This document shows positions 1 through 9,931 of a stretch of DNA of 64,000 nt, in pieces. The translations under genes and the position numbers were made by a program. Numbering within the stretch: position 1 is the stretch's first letter; the number at the start of each line of letters is the position of its first letter. Source of the DNA: an uncultured Fibrobacteria bacterium (lineage in GTDB: Bacteria > Fibrobacterota > Fibrobacteria > UBA11236); contig OY970309.1 in assembly GCA_963716395.1 (NCBI GenBank), positions 2,816,001 through 2,880,000 of the forward strand. The letters run 5' to 3'. A model generated the notes under the pieces. It saw nothing but the letters and a program-made list of their open reading frames with translations, had not been told where the DNA came from and searched no databases.

Positions 1-2094
1 ACTTTGAAAGCCGACGGCAGCGATGCCACCCAGCTCAAAGTGGTGGTGAAAGACGCCAACAACAATCCCATGGTGGGAGAAAAAATCGTGTTTACCGCGA
101 CCGGCGGTTTGGTGCTGCCGCAGGCGGTCACCGATTCCTTCGGCACCGCCTACGGCACCTTGGTTTCGGAACGCGCCAATAAAACCGTGGTGGTGACGGC
201 CACCTTGGTGCTGCCCGACGGCAGCAGCAGTCTGACGGCCCAGCAAAGCGTGACTTTCTCGGGCGTGACCGTTTCCATCAACACTTCCAAAAAAGTGGCC
301 ATGCGCGACAGCGTCGTAACGGTCACTTTCGCTTTTCTGGATGCGAATTCGTCGCCCATGTCCGGCGACACTCTGGACATTTCCGCCGCCGACGTCTATC
401 GGGGATTCGGGCAACGCTTGAGTTCGAGTCCGGCGGTGGATTCGGAATTGGTGGTGGCCGACAACCGCGGTCAATACCAGACCACGGTGACCTCCCAATC
501 CGCCGGCAGCGTGATCATCCAGGCCAACGGGCTGGGGGCGCAGGATGCGGATACCATCGTGTTCACCAACAACAGCATGACCCTGTCCGCCAGCAAATCC
601 TCGATCGTGGGAAATGGCCAGGATCAAGCCACCTTGACCGCCAACCTGGTGGACGGGAGCGGGAACCCCATCAATAGTGCGCAGTTGAAATGGACCACCA
701 CCTTCGGTAATTTCACCACGACGCCTTTCACCAGCACCTCTAACGGCAAGAGTTCCATCGTTTTGCAAAGTCCCAATGGTTCGGGCATCGCCACCGTCGA
801 CGTTGAGGCACAGGACGCTTCCGGCGCCTTGATCGCCAGCGGCACCATCACCGTGCGCGTCACCGCCTTGCCGGTGCATAAGCTCGTGCTGACGGTGAGT
901 CCCGACAATATCGCGGTGAAAATCGGCCAGGCCACCATGACGGCGGTCGCGTATGACAGCGCCGACAACGTCATGACCGGGGTGCTGATCGGATTCCGCA
1001 TGATCAAAGGCGCGGGCGGCGGCGACGAAGTCATTTCCCCGCCGGCGGCGTATACGCTCTCGGGCGTGGCGCAGGCCACCTTCACGGCCGGCGGCGTGAT
1101 CAGCCTGTACCAAGGCGTAAAGCTGGCCGCCGTGGCCCTGAGCATTGCCGGCAACGATACCTTGGTCATCGCCTCTTCGGATACCTTGGGAGTGACGGTG
1201 TCGGGCCCGCCCGCCAAGGTCAGCATCGGCGCCAATATCAATAAAGGCGTGAATCCGGATGACGGCACTTTCGCGTTGCCCGTGGCCGCCGTGGTGACCG
1301 ATATCAATGGCAATCTCGTGGCCGACGGCACGCCCGTCAATTTCGGCGTGATCCCCATCGCCGCCAATATTCTGCAGACGAAGAATTTCATCTACACCGA
1401 CACCTGGCCGTATTACGCCTTCAACACCGACACCACCCTCATTCCCCTGCCCTGGACCGATTACAACAATAACGGCAAATTGGATCCGGGCGAACCCGCC
1501 AGTTTCTACAACTCCAATAATCCGGCACGGGGCGAAGACAAAGACGGCAACGGCGTGATCAATTTTCCGCCGGAGACCTTCGCGGATCTCAACGGAGACG
1601 GGGTTTGGACGCAAGCCAACGCCGAGCCGATGATCGTCCACAACGTCACGGATTCGGTGGGCCGCTTTGTGTCTGCCGAAACCACGTTTGTGGATTACAA
1701 CCACGACGGACTGCGGGAATCGATGGAACCTTTTTACCGGAATGGATTCATCTACGTGGATTCCAGTCTGATCAAATATCTGCCGTCGGATTCGTCTTAC
1801 CGGCCGTTCATTCCGGGAGTGACGCCGCCCTGCAAATGCGCGGGCCAAACGGATGCCAACGGGAATTTGTATGAAATCACTTATTTCGACAGCCCGTACA
1901 ACCATCCCTTCCCCGGAGATGTGGCGGTGGGCATCGACAAGCAAACCGGAACGTTGGCCGGCAAGGCCCTGACCAAGATCACCTATGTGCAAACCGACGC
2001 CTGGATCGTTTCGGTGCGCGTGACCGCCGAGTCCAACGGCATCCGTAGCTATGTCGATATTCTTCCCTTGCCGAAAATCAAAGAAGGCAATTAG
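1..2094 (+). CDS. Large Ig-like (Big_1/invasin-type) repeat surface protein, 5'-truncated by window edge
   Basis: Open frame from window start; about five ~100 aa repeats with Big_1-type motifs (ADGSDATQLKVVVKDANNNP, GNGQDQATLTANLVDGSGNP, AVVTDINGNLVADGTPVNF); Dx[DN]xDG-type loops near the C-terminus. Confidence 0.8.
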   Translation, partial: TLKADGSDATQLKVVVKDANNNPMVGEKIVFTATGGLVLPQAVTDSFGTAYGTLVSERANKTVVVTATLVLPDGSSSLTAQQSVTFSGVTVSINTSKKVAMRDSVVTVTFAFLDANSSPMSGDTLDISAADVYRGFGQRLSSSPAVDSELVVADNRGQYQTTVTSQSAGSVIIQANGLGAQDADTIVFTNNSMTLSASKSSIVGNGQDQATLTANLVDGSGNPINSAQLKWTTTFGNFTTTPFTSTSNGKSSIVLQSPNGSGIATVDVEAQDASGALIASGTITVRVTALPVHKLVLTVSPDNIAVKIGQATMTAVAYDSADNVMTGVLIGFRMIKGAGGGDEVISPPAAYTLSGVAQATFTAGGVISLYQGVKLAAVALSIAGNDTLVIASSDTLGVTVSGPPAKVSIGANINKGVNPDDGTFALPVAAVVTDINGNLVADGTPVNFGVIPIAANILQTKNFIYTDTWPYYAFNTDTTLIPLPWTDYNNNGKLDPGEPASFYNSNNPARGEDKDGNGVINFPPETFADLNGDGVWTQANAEPMIVHNVTDSVGRFVSAETTFVDYNHDGLRESMEPFYRNGFIYVDSSLIKYLPSDSSYRPFIPGVTPPCKCAGQTDANGNLYEITYFDSPYNHPFPGDVAVGIDKQTGTLAGKALTKITYVQTDAWIVSVRVTAESNGIRSYVDILPLPKIKEGN

Positions 2095-2097
2095 TCC

Positions 2098-2919
2098 ATG
2101 AGGAGTTCTATGCGCACAAGAATCGTTTTGGGTCTGGTCTGCCTGAGCGCCGGCGTCGCCGGCGCGACGCCTCCCGGCATGCCGCTTTCCAACTTGCTCG
2201 GCCGGCAAATGTCTCTGGGCGTGTATTACGACTACAGCGGCCAGTCCTTGTTTCGCGAAGGGTCGGCTTCGGTGCTGCATACTACCGGCGTCGGCCTTGA
2301 ATACGGCATTCTCGACTATGTCGGCGTCGGGGCGTTCGCCGGCGGTTCCGTACTCAACGTCGACGTGCCGCCGGGAAGCAACAGCGATACCTTGCGCGCG
2401 TTCAATTCGAACTTCGGACCCTATGGCGGGCTGTCGGCCAAGCTCGCGACTCCCAGGTTTTGGCAGAACACGTCGCGCCTGGTCGGCTACGGCCAGGCGG
2501 CGTTCCTGCATGCCGAAGATAATGCCGGCAATGTCAAGCAGGGAATGGTGTATAACGCCGGTTTATCCCTTCAGGCCGAATTGAACCACACCTACAATTT
2601 CGTGCTGGGAGGCGAGTACTACTATCTCGACGGCGAACAACAGGCGGCCGGGGGCGGAACGCAATTCCCCTTCGGGCTCAATGCCGGAGACGGCACGATC
2701 GACTATTTTCGCGGCTTGATCGGGTTCGAGTATTTCTTCAAAGGCCCGAACCGACCTTTCATTTCCTTCGCCCTCCGGCCGACCGGCTCCATGAGTTACC
2801 GATCGGGGTTCGGCTTGCAAGGCATTTCGCTTTCCGTCACCTTGGGGGCCATCACCTCATTCGACAAACAGGCCGAACAGCGCAACGGAGACGCGGGCAC
2901 TTCCATCGACGACGATTAG
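2098..2919 (+). CDS. Putative outer-membrane beta-barrel protein
   Basis: Signal peptide, alternating aromatic/Gly amphipathic strands (GVYYDYSG, GVGLEYG, GLIGFEYFF); starts 3 nt after upstream stop; alternative ATG at 2110. Confidence 0.6.
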   Translation: MRSSMRTRIVLGLVCLSAGVAGATPPGMPLSNLLGRQMSLGVYYDYSGQSLFREGSASVLHTTGVGLEYGILDYVGVGAFAGGSVLNVDVPPGSNSDTLRAFNSNFGPYGGLSAKLATPRFWQNTSRLVGYGQAAFLHAEDNAGNVKQGMVYNAGLSLQAELNHTYNFVLGGEYYYLDGEQQAAGGGTQFPFGLNAGDGTIDYFRGLIGFEYFFKGPNRPFISFALRPTGSMSYRSGFGLQGISLSVTLGAITSFDKQAEQRNGDAGTSIDDD

Positions 2920-2925
2920 CGCCGG

Positions 2926-4032
2926 CTACCCGTCGGCGCCCTCGCGCAGCCAATCTTCCACCACCTCGCGGAACAGTTCGCCGTCTTTGCGTCCGTATTC
3001 CATCAATTCCTTGGCGTATTCCCCGTCGAACAGCAAATAGCTGAGCATATCGGAGGAGATCCAGCCGCCGAAGAGATAGCGCAGGGTTTTGGGAAAGCGG
3101 TGGCGGTGGCGCGAGGCGATGAGGGTGAAGTCGAGCATGGGGCCGATGCGGCAGAGATCGATGATTTTGACGTCGCGTTCGGACTCGGGGACCCGGGTGG
3201 CCAGCATGTTGACCCGGTTCATGAATTGCGAATCGATGTCGACGGCATCCAGAAACATGGCGTCGAGCATGGTGGCCGCGATGCGCCCCAGGGTCGGAAC
3301 GGTCTGCGCGCCGCTTTGGTACGAGTCGCCGCGCAGGCTGATGCTGATGATGCGATCGGCGCCCATGCGGATGGCGGCATTGAGCGGGGTCATATTGCGC
3401 AGCGAACCGTCGCCGTAATAATGCCCATCCATGCGCACGGGGGAAAAGATGAGTGGAACCGCGCACGAGGCCATCACGTGTTCGATGGTGAGGGTGGTGC
3501 GCACACCCCGCAATGTGGGGCGCTCCCAGGAGGGGCAAACTTCGCGGGTTTGAAAAAAAGTGACGTTCTTGGTGTCGGTATAGTCGAAACAATTGATGGC
3601 CAGGGCATGTTCGGGCATGGTGCGCAGCCGCAATTGCACCTGCCCCATGTCGATGTGCCGGCTTAAATAGGAGTGCAGGGGCGTGGAATCAAGCACGGCG
3701 TTGATGATGGTGTCGCTCTGCGGATGGCTTTGATGGCGCGAGGAATGCGCCAGCCGCATCAGGTTTTTCACCACGCTTTTGAAATCCGATACGAAGATGT
3801 CGTGGGTATTAACCGAGGACCAAAGATCCTTCAAAGCATCGATGCCGCTGGCGTAATTGGGCGCGCTTTGCATGAGGCGCACGGCATTGATGGAGCCGGC
3901 CGAAACGCCCACCATGATTTCGGCTTCGCCGCCGCGCACGAACAGGTCGCGCCAGGCGTCGAGAATGCCGACCTGGTACGCCCCGCGCGCCCCACCGCCG
4001 CTCAGGATGAGGGCCAGTTTTTTTCTCGCCAC
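2926..4032 (-). CDS. Patatin-like phospholipase
   Basis: GGGARG oxyanion motif, GVSAG nucleophile elbow, DGS catalytic Asp; GTG start chosen just before KKLALILSGGG. Confidence 0.9.
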   Translation of the reverse strand: MARKKLALILSGGGARGAYQVGILDAWRDLFVRGGEAEIMVGVSAGSINAVRLMQSAPNYASGIDALKDLWSSVNTHDIFVSDFKSVVKNLMRLAHSSRHQSHPQSDTIINAVLDSTPLHSYLSRHIDMGQVQLRLRTMPEHALAINCFDYTDTKNVTFFQTREVCPSWERPTLRGVRTTLTIEHVMASCAVPLIFSPVRMDGHYYGDGSLRNMTPLNAAIRMGADRIISISLRGDSYQSGAQTVPTLGRIAATMLDAMFLDAVDIDSQFMNRVNMLATRVPESERDVKIIDLCRIGPMLDFTLIASRHRHRFPKTLRYLFGGWISSDMLSYLLFDGEYAKELMEYGRKDGELFREVVEDWLREGADG

Positions 4033-5426
4033 GGGTGACCTTGCTTCCGCGCTGCGAAATTTTGGGCGCGTTCTTCGGCGTCGGAATTGCGCCGCCGTTC
4101 TGCCTGCGACCAGTCGCGGATGATCAGCGCCGCCAAATCCGTGGCCGGCACGGCCATCACGTGTTGGTTGATAAGCATGACCGCCACCGCGATGCCGTCT
4201 CCGGGATGATCTTTGAAACGCGCATAGCCAATATACCACTCGTAGCGGCCCGGAGGCTCTTCGCCGTCGAGCGACCCGGTTTTGCCGCCCAAGTCCAGGC
4301 TATCCCAATCTTGCCGGCGCAGGTTGCGACGGAAGCCCCGGCGCGCCGTGCCCGAGGCCACCGTAGCCGACAGCATGGAACGCAACTGCGCCAACGCCGC
4401 CGTGGAGATGAACGGCTCCGTCGGGATCGGAAAAGGCAACACCCGCGTGGTATCGCCCTGCAGGGATTTGAGTCCCGAGGTAAACCGGGGCGGAAGCAGG
4501 TGGCCGTCGTCGCCCACGCTGCGGGCGATTTCCAAGGCGTGCAACGGCGAGATGGTGGTGGCGGTGGTGAACCCGCAGGCGGTTTCCGCCAGGGGAAAGC
4601 CGCTGTCGGGAATGTCGAGGTGGCTGGATTTCCATTCGTCCAAGGGCCCGGGCCGGTTGAACCCCAGGGCCGCGGCCATTTTTCGCAGCGGGGCGGGGCC
4701 AAGCTGCAGGCCGAGCAATCCGAAAACAGGATTGATGGAGCGGGCGAAGGCTTCCGTCAGGGAAATCCGCGGGTAACTTCCATGTTCCGGCGGGCGCAGT
4801 TGAAAGCGGTACAAGGTGTGGTTTCGCCCCAGCAGCGGCAAACTGTCGTCGGGGGTCTCACCCCGGCCATCGAGCGCGGCGGAGGCCGTGAGGATTTTGA
4901 TCAGGGACGCCGCGGGGAATTGCGCCTCCAGCGCCAGTTCGGGACGGGAGCGCGATCCGGTGGAATCGCGTTCGGCCAGGGCGCGCATCAGGCCCGAGTG
5001 CAAGTCGCAGACGGCCACGACGGCGCCTTCGGGCCGGTATTGGTTCAGATAATGCAGGGCCCGGGCTTGCAATAGGCTGTCGGCGGCGTATTCGGTGATC
5101 CAGTTTCGTCCTGCGAAGGCCAGGGTGTCTTGGCCGGGAAAATTCTTCGGCGGCGGCAGCGAATCCAACCGGGGTGGAATGGGAACCGCTTTTGCGGTCA
5201 CGGGCGGGACGGCGGCCGGCGCAGCCCGGTGCGATCGCAAACCCAATAGGAAAAACAGTGCCGCCGCCGGCACGACCAAAGCGAAACGAATGCGCAAGGC
5301 GCGGAGCAGCCGGTGGTGAAAAGGGGGCGGCGTTTTTTCCGCCGGGGTCAGCCCGAAACCCCATCGCCCCCCTCCGGGTTTCGAGGGTGTCAATCCGCCG
5401 CCTTGGGGCCCACAGGGTTTGCCCAT
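4002..5426 (-). CDS. Penicillin-binding transpeptidase-domain protein with single N-terminal TM helix
   Basis: SxxK (ASLIK), SxN (RSIN) and KTG (GKTGS) motifs in order; TM segment FALVVPAAALFFLLGL; start uncertain. Confidence 0.85.
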   Translation of the reverse strand: MGKPCGPQGGGLTPSKPGGGRWGFGLTPAEKTPPPFHHRLLRALRIRFALVVPAAALFFLLGLRSHRAAPAAVPPVTAKAVPIPPRLDSLPPPKNFPGQDTLAFAGRNWITEYAADSLLQARALHYLNQYRPEGAVVAVCDLHSGLMRALAERDSTGSRSRPELALEAQFPAASLIKILTASAALDGRGETPDDSLPLLGRNHTLYRFQLRPPEHGSYPRISLTEAFARSINPVFGLLGLQLGPAPLRKMAAALGFNRPGPLDEWKSSHLDIPDSGFPLAETACGFTTATTISPLHALEIARSVGDDGHLLPPRFTSGLKSLQGDTTRVLPFPIPTEPFISTAALAQLRSMLSATVASGTARRGFRRNLRRQDWDSLDLGGKTGSLDGEEPPGRYEWYIGYARFKDHPGDGIAVAVMLINQHVMAVPATDLAALIIRDWSQAERRRNSDAEERAQNFAARKQGHPWREKNWPSS

Positions 5427-5431
5427 GCGGT

Positions 5432-6055
5432 TCAGGCGGCGCGCGGCGCAGCCGCAGGCTGAAAAATGTTTTCCCGATAATAGCGGAGTTCGGCCACCGA
5501 CTCGCGGATGTCGCTTTGCGCCAGATGCCTTTCGGCCTTTTTAAACGGCGCCAGGGTCGGATACCAATGCAGCGCCGCCAACTTGAAGGAACTGACGTCG
5601 ACGATGCGGTAATGGAAAAAGCTTTCCAAGCGGGGCATGTGACGGCCGAGAAAGCGGCGATCTTGCCAGATGGAATTACCGCATAACGGCGCCGTGCCCG
5701 GTTGCACGTGGCGCGCCAGAAACTCGAGCGTCTGGGTTTCGGCCGCGGCCGTATCCAGCCCCGAGGCCAGCACCCGATCCACCAATCCCGAGCTGCCGTG
5801 ATGGGTCTTGTTCCAGTCATTCATGCGATCCAAAACCCCGACCTCGTGGTGAATGGCGAACACCGGACCTTCGGCCAGGAGATTGAGATCGGCATCGGTC
5901 ACCAAAGAAGCGATTTCAAGAATAACATCGGCTTCGGGATTGAGTCCCGTCATTTCCAAATCGATCCACACCCAATTCGCCGCGGGCGAAAGGGGTTTCG
6001 CCGCCGGCGGAGGGGCTTGGTCTCCGTCCGGGGCGCGTCCCAAATCTGATTCCAT
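5432..6055 (-). CDS. orn: Oligoribonuclease
   Basis: WIDLEMTGL, LCGNSIWQDRRFL, HYRIVDVSS, HxAxSDIRESVAELRYYR motifs. Confidence 0.96.
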   Translation of the reverse strand: MESDLGRAPDGDQAPPPAAKPLSPAANWVWIDLEMTGLNPEADVILEIASLVTDADLNLLAEGPVFAIHHEVGVLDRMNDWNKTHHGSSGLVDRVLASGLDTAAAETQTLEFLARHVQPGTAPLCGNSIWQDRRFLGRHMPRLESFFHYRIVDVSSFKLAALHWYPTLAPFKKAERHLAQSDIRESVAELRYYRENIFQPAAAPRAA

Positions 6056-6177
6056 ATACCGGGATCTTCCTATTATTGGAAGGCATTTTTAAGCTAGAAA
6101 CTTCCCGGCTACGGAGCCGGCGCATGCTTGCGCCTCGATCCCGAAACCGTCAGGCGAAACGACTCGCGGCCATCCCG

Positions 6178-7584
6178 ATGAAATCCGAAATCGACTCGCT
6201 CCTCTTCGGGCATCTTTCCATCATCTTCGGATTTTGCCTGGGGTTCTGGCTGGTGGCGCGCGTGCTGCGTCAGCATTACCGCCCCTCGGTTTCGATTGCC
6301 TGGCTTTTGTCCATCCTGTTCATACCCTATCTCGGGGTTCCGGCCTATTTCCTGTTCGGCGGCCGAAAGATCGCGCGACGCCGGGGAAAGAAAAAAGGCC
6401 TCTATTCCAAATCCGGATCCAATAGCCCCCGATTCGAGGGAATGGATCCGCTGGAATGCATCCTGTCGGTGGCCCACATGCCGCCCCAGCGACCCGCCGG
6501 CCGTTTTGAATTCATTCCCGACGGCGAAAAGGCTTATGCCACCCTGCGCGATCTCATCGCCCAAGCCGAGCATTCCATTCACGTCATGACCTTCATCCTG
6601 GGGCGCGATGAAGTCGGGAAAGCCATCGTGGCGCAACTCGCCGCCAAAGCCGAAAGCGGGGTGAAGGTGCGGCTGCTCTTGGATGCGCTTGGATGCCTGA
6701 CCACGCGGGGCCGATTCGTGTCGGCGTTGCGGCGCGCCGGCGGCCGGGTCGGCGTTTTTGCGCCGGTGCTCCCGGTGCGCAGAAAATGGTCGGCCAACCT
6801 CCGCAACCACCGCAAAATGGTGATCGTCGACGGGAAAAAGGCGCTGATCGGGGGCATGAATTTGGCCCGGGAGTATATGGGCCCGAATCCCGATCCCCAA
6901 CGCTGGCTCGACTCCGCCATTTTTTTGGAAGGGCCCGCGGTCTTGGATTTGGAGGAGGTTTTTACCAGCGATTGGAATTTTGCCGCGAAGGAGGCGCTGC
7001 GTTCCGAGCCGATCGGTTTCGCGCCGCCGGTATCCGGCCAGGCCGGTCCTTCGGTGCAAATCGCGGCGAGCGGACCCGACGTGGCCGAAGATCCCGTGCA
7101 CGATGCCATCCTGACCGCCTGCATGGGTGCGCACAAGCGCATTTGGATCGTTACACCCTATTTCATTCCCGACGAGGGTATCGCGCGCGCGCTGCTTTTG
7201 CAAGCCCGCCTGGGACGGGATGTGCGGATTCTGCTCCCCCGGCGCTCAAACCATTTCTTTGCCGATTTGGCGCGCGGCCCCTGCTTGCGGCAAATGCGGG
7301 CCAGCGGCGCGAAGATTTATCTGTACGGCGGCGGAATGGTGCACGCCAAGCACCTGATCGTCGACGAGGATCTCACTTTGGCAGGTTCGATGAATCTTGA
7401 CATGCGCAGCTTGTATTTGAATTATGAAGTCGGCGTTTTCATCCGTTCCCGGGAAGATGTCGGGGCCGTGGCCGCGTGGGCGCAAGCGCTTATGGAGAGG
7501 TCCGTGGCCTTCCGGCAAACCCGGGTGGGCAAAGTGCAAGGATTCCTGGAAGATGTGAGTATGCTGATCTCCCCGCTTTTGTAA
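6178..7584 (+). CDS. cls: Cardiolipin synthase (phospholipase D family)
   Basis: Two N-terminal TM helices and two HKD motifs (RNHRKMVIVDG, HAKHLIVDED); ATG 6178 preferred over upstream ORF start. Confidence 0.92.
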   Translation: MKSEIDSLLFGHLSIIFGFCLGFWLVARVLRQHYRPSVSIAWLLSILFIPYLGVPAYFLFGGRKIARRRGKKKGLYSKSGSNSPRFEGMDPLECILSVAHMPPQRPAGRFEFIPDGEKAYATLRDLIAQAEHSIHVMTFILGRDEVGKAIVAQLAAKAESGVKVRLLLDALGCLTTRGRFVSALRRAGGRVGVFAPVLPVRRKWSANLRNHRKMVIVDGKKALIGGMNLAREYMGPNPDPQRWLDSAIFLEGPAVLDLEEVFTSDWNFAAKEALRSEPIGFAPPVSGQAGPSVQIAASGPDVAEDPVHDAILTACMGAHKRIWIVTPYFIPDEGIARALLLQARLGRDVRILLPRRSNHFFADLARGPCLRQMRASGAKIYLYGGGMVHAKHLIVDEDLTLAGSMNLDMRSLYLNYEVGVFIRSREDVGAVAAWAQALMERSVAFRQTRVGKVQGFLEDVSMLISPLL

Positions 7585-7613
7585 TCGCGAACGAATCTTC
7601 CTACCGCCTTCCC

Positions 7614-8381
7614 ATGATTTCCCGGCCCCCGCCCGCCCCCCATCTGAAAGTCCTGACGTACAACATCCACAAAGGTTTTACCCGCAACAACCGGGCGCAT
7701 ATTCTCGAACCCATCCGCCGGGCCTTGCGCGCCATCGATCCCGATCTGGTCTTTTTGCAGGAGGTGCTGGGGGAGCACACGCGGCATCGCAAGCGAATTC
7801 CCGATTGGCCGGAAGCCCCGCAATGCGAATATCTGGCGCAGGATGTCTGGCCGCATTTCGCCTACGGCCGCAATGCCGTCTACTTGCAAGGCCATCACGG
7901 GAATGCCGTGCTCAGCAAATTTCCCATCCTGCAATGGGAGAACCTGGACGTCTCGAACAGCCGGTTGGAAAGCCGGGGCATTTTGCACGGGAAGGTGAAG
8001 TTGCCCGGGTCCGCGATTCCCCTGCATTTCTTTTGCCTGCATTTGGATTTGCTCGAGCGCGGAAGAAGGCCCCAAATCCAGGCGCTGTGCAATCGCATCA
8101 ATGCCGTGGTTCCGGAGAAAAGTCCGCTGCTTATCGGCGGCGATTTCAACGACTGGCGTGTGCGCGCCACGGCGACTTTGGAGCGGCAAACCGGAGTTCA
8201 GGAAGCTTTCCGAACCTTTCACCGGGCGCATGCGCGCAGTTTTCCTTCGCGGCGTCCGTTTTTAAAGCTGGACCGCATTTATTTTCGTGGCGCCGCGCTG
8301 GTCAACGCCGCGGTTTTGGACGGGCCCCCGTGGAATTCGCTCTCCGATCATTTGCCCCTGGTTTGCGAATTTTCCCTCTGA
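7614..8381 (+). CDS. Endonuclease/exonuclease/phosphatase family protein (YbhP-like)
   Basis: LTYNIHKG, VFLQEV, GNAVLSKFPI, GGDFNDW, LDRIY, SDHLPL motifs. Confidence 0.92.
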   Translation: MISRPPPAPHLKVLTYNIHKGFTRNNRAHILEPIRRALRAIDPDLVFLQEVLGEHTRHRKRIPDWPEAPQCEYLAQDVWPHFAYGRNAVYLQGHHGNAVLSKFPILQWENLDVSNSRLESRGILHGKVKLPGSAIPLHFFCLHLDLLERGRRPQIQALCNRINAVVPEKSPLLIGGDFNDWRVRATATLERQTGVQEAFRTFHRAHARSFPSRRPFLKLDRIYFRGAALVNAAVLDGPPWNSLSDHLPLVCEFSL

Positions 8382-8474
8382 ATCCGGAATTAATCTTGTA
8401 CGCAGCGCAGCCGGCCGGCGGGAGTCGTTCCGATTGGGTCCGGCGGAATTTTATTTGAAGGTCCGGGAGGGAAT

Positions 8475-9728
8475 TTGATCTCCATCGCCGCCCTCGGTTC
8501 GCACCTTAAGCCGGTCGTCTTGGCGATCTTCGCCATCACCTATCTGGGCATCGCGGCGGGACGCGTGCCCGGCCTGAAACTGGATCGCACGGGCATCGTG
8601 ATTTTGGGCGCGATCGCCATGATGGTTTTCGGCGGATTCCACACCGCCGATATGATCGGATTCATCCATTGGCCCACCATTTTTTTGCTGTTCAGCTTCT
8701 TCGTGCTTTCGGCGCAATTGCGTTTGTCCGGATTTTTCCATGCGGTCGCCGGCGGCATCGCCCGGAAGCTGAATCACCCCGCGCGCTTTCTGCTCCTCTT
8801 GATGCTCGCCACCGCCGGCCTTTCCGCCTTTCTGAACCATGACATCGTGTGCTTTGTTTTCACGCCCATCGTGGCGGCGGCCCTGTTGCAGCGAAAGCTG
8901 AACCCCGTGCCCTTTTTGATCGCCACCGCCGTGGCCAGCAATATCGGCGCGGCCGCCACCATGGTGGGCAACCCGCAAGACATGATGATCGCCCAAATCG
9001 CCGGGTTCGGATTCGGCCCGTATGCGGCGTGGTGCTTCGTCCCGGTATCCCTCGCGCTGGCCGGAGCTTACGGAGTTATCTGGTTGCTTTCGCGCCGGAG
9101 TTGGCTCAAGGCGGAAAACGCTTCCCTGCCACCAGAGGTAACAACGCGGCGGTATAACCGGCTGCATACCCTCAAGGGCTTGGTGATTCTCGGCATCGTA
9201 ATCGGCTTGTTTTTCACCAGCTTGCCCAAGGAGCTGGTGGCCTTGACCGCGGCCGGCATCCATCTCGCCAGCCCCAAATTCCGCACCGAAGATTTGTTGA
9301 AGCTGGTGGACTGGCCCATTCTTCTGCTCTTCATGGGGTTGTTTGCGGTGACGGGGGCTTTTCAGCAAACCGGATACGGCGAGTCGGCGGTGCATTGGTT
9401 GGCGGGCGTGGGCTTGAACCTGCAATCACAGCCGACCTTGGTGCTGGTCACGGCGGCGCTGTCCAACCTGATCAACAATTCCGCCGCCGTCATGCTGCTG
9501 TTGAAGGTTGCGCCGGTTGCCCACCCCCCTCTCGGCTATGTGTTGGCGCTGGCCAACAGTTTCGGTGGGAGCCTGATCATCGTGGGCAGCGTGTCCAACA
9601 TCATCGTGGTCCAGCAGGCGCGCGAAATGGGGGTGCGCATTTCCTTTCGGGAATTCGCGCGCTTGGGTATTCCGGTCACTGTGGTGGCCTTGGCCGGATT
9701 GATGGGCTGGATTGCGCTCCTCCATTAA
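8475..9728 (+). CDS. SLC13/ArsB/NhaD-family anion permease (YbiR-like)
   Basis: Many TM helices; SAFLNHD, ASNIGAAATMVGNPQD, SNLINNSAA, GSVSNIIV motifs; TTG start after GGAGG. Confidence 0.88.
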   Translation: MISIAALGSHLKPVVLAIFAITYLGIAAGRVPGLKLDRTGIVILGAIAMMVFGGFHTADMIGFIHWPTIFLLFSFFVLSAQLRLSGFFHAVAGGIARKLNHPARFLLLLMLATAGLSAFLNHDIVCFVFTPIVAAALLQRKLNPVPFLIATAVASNIGAAATMVGNPQDMMIAQIAGFGFGPYAAWCFVPVSLALAGAYGVIWLLSRRSWLKAENASLPPEVTTRRYNRLHTLKGLVILGIVIGLFFTSLPKELVALTAAGIHLASPKFRTEDLLKLVDWPILLLFMGLFAVTGAFQQTGYGESAVHWLAGVGLNLQSQPTLVLVTAALSNLINNSAAVMLLLKVAPVAHPPLGYVLALANSFGGSLIIVGSVSNIIVVQQAREMGVRISFREFARLGIPVTVVALAGLMGWIALLH

Positions 9729-9931
9729 TCGGGCATGGGCGCTGCTTCCGGCTACGTTCGCAGGCAAGGCGCGAAGAGAATTATTCGGGACCGGAGCCAG
9801 AAAAAAGAATTTACCGGGGCCAGCGGTCGGTCTAGCAATGGGTTGTGGCCGATTGGTTTAAATTTTTCTGCCAGTGTAAATGCGCGGGATCGCCGGCTGG
9901 GCGATGATGCGAAGAATCAGAATAAAGGTGG

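Noticed and set aside
8420-8432. 13-mer GGGAGTCGTTCCG shared with 45040-45052
   Set aside because: One 13-mer match is within chance expectation for a window this size and flanks do not align
9798-9870. Possible long hairpin in the fabF leader
   Set aside because: Depends on many G-U pairs and A/T runs; not distinguishable from chance by eye
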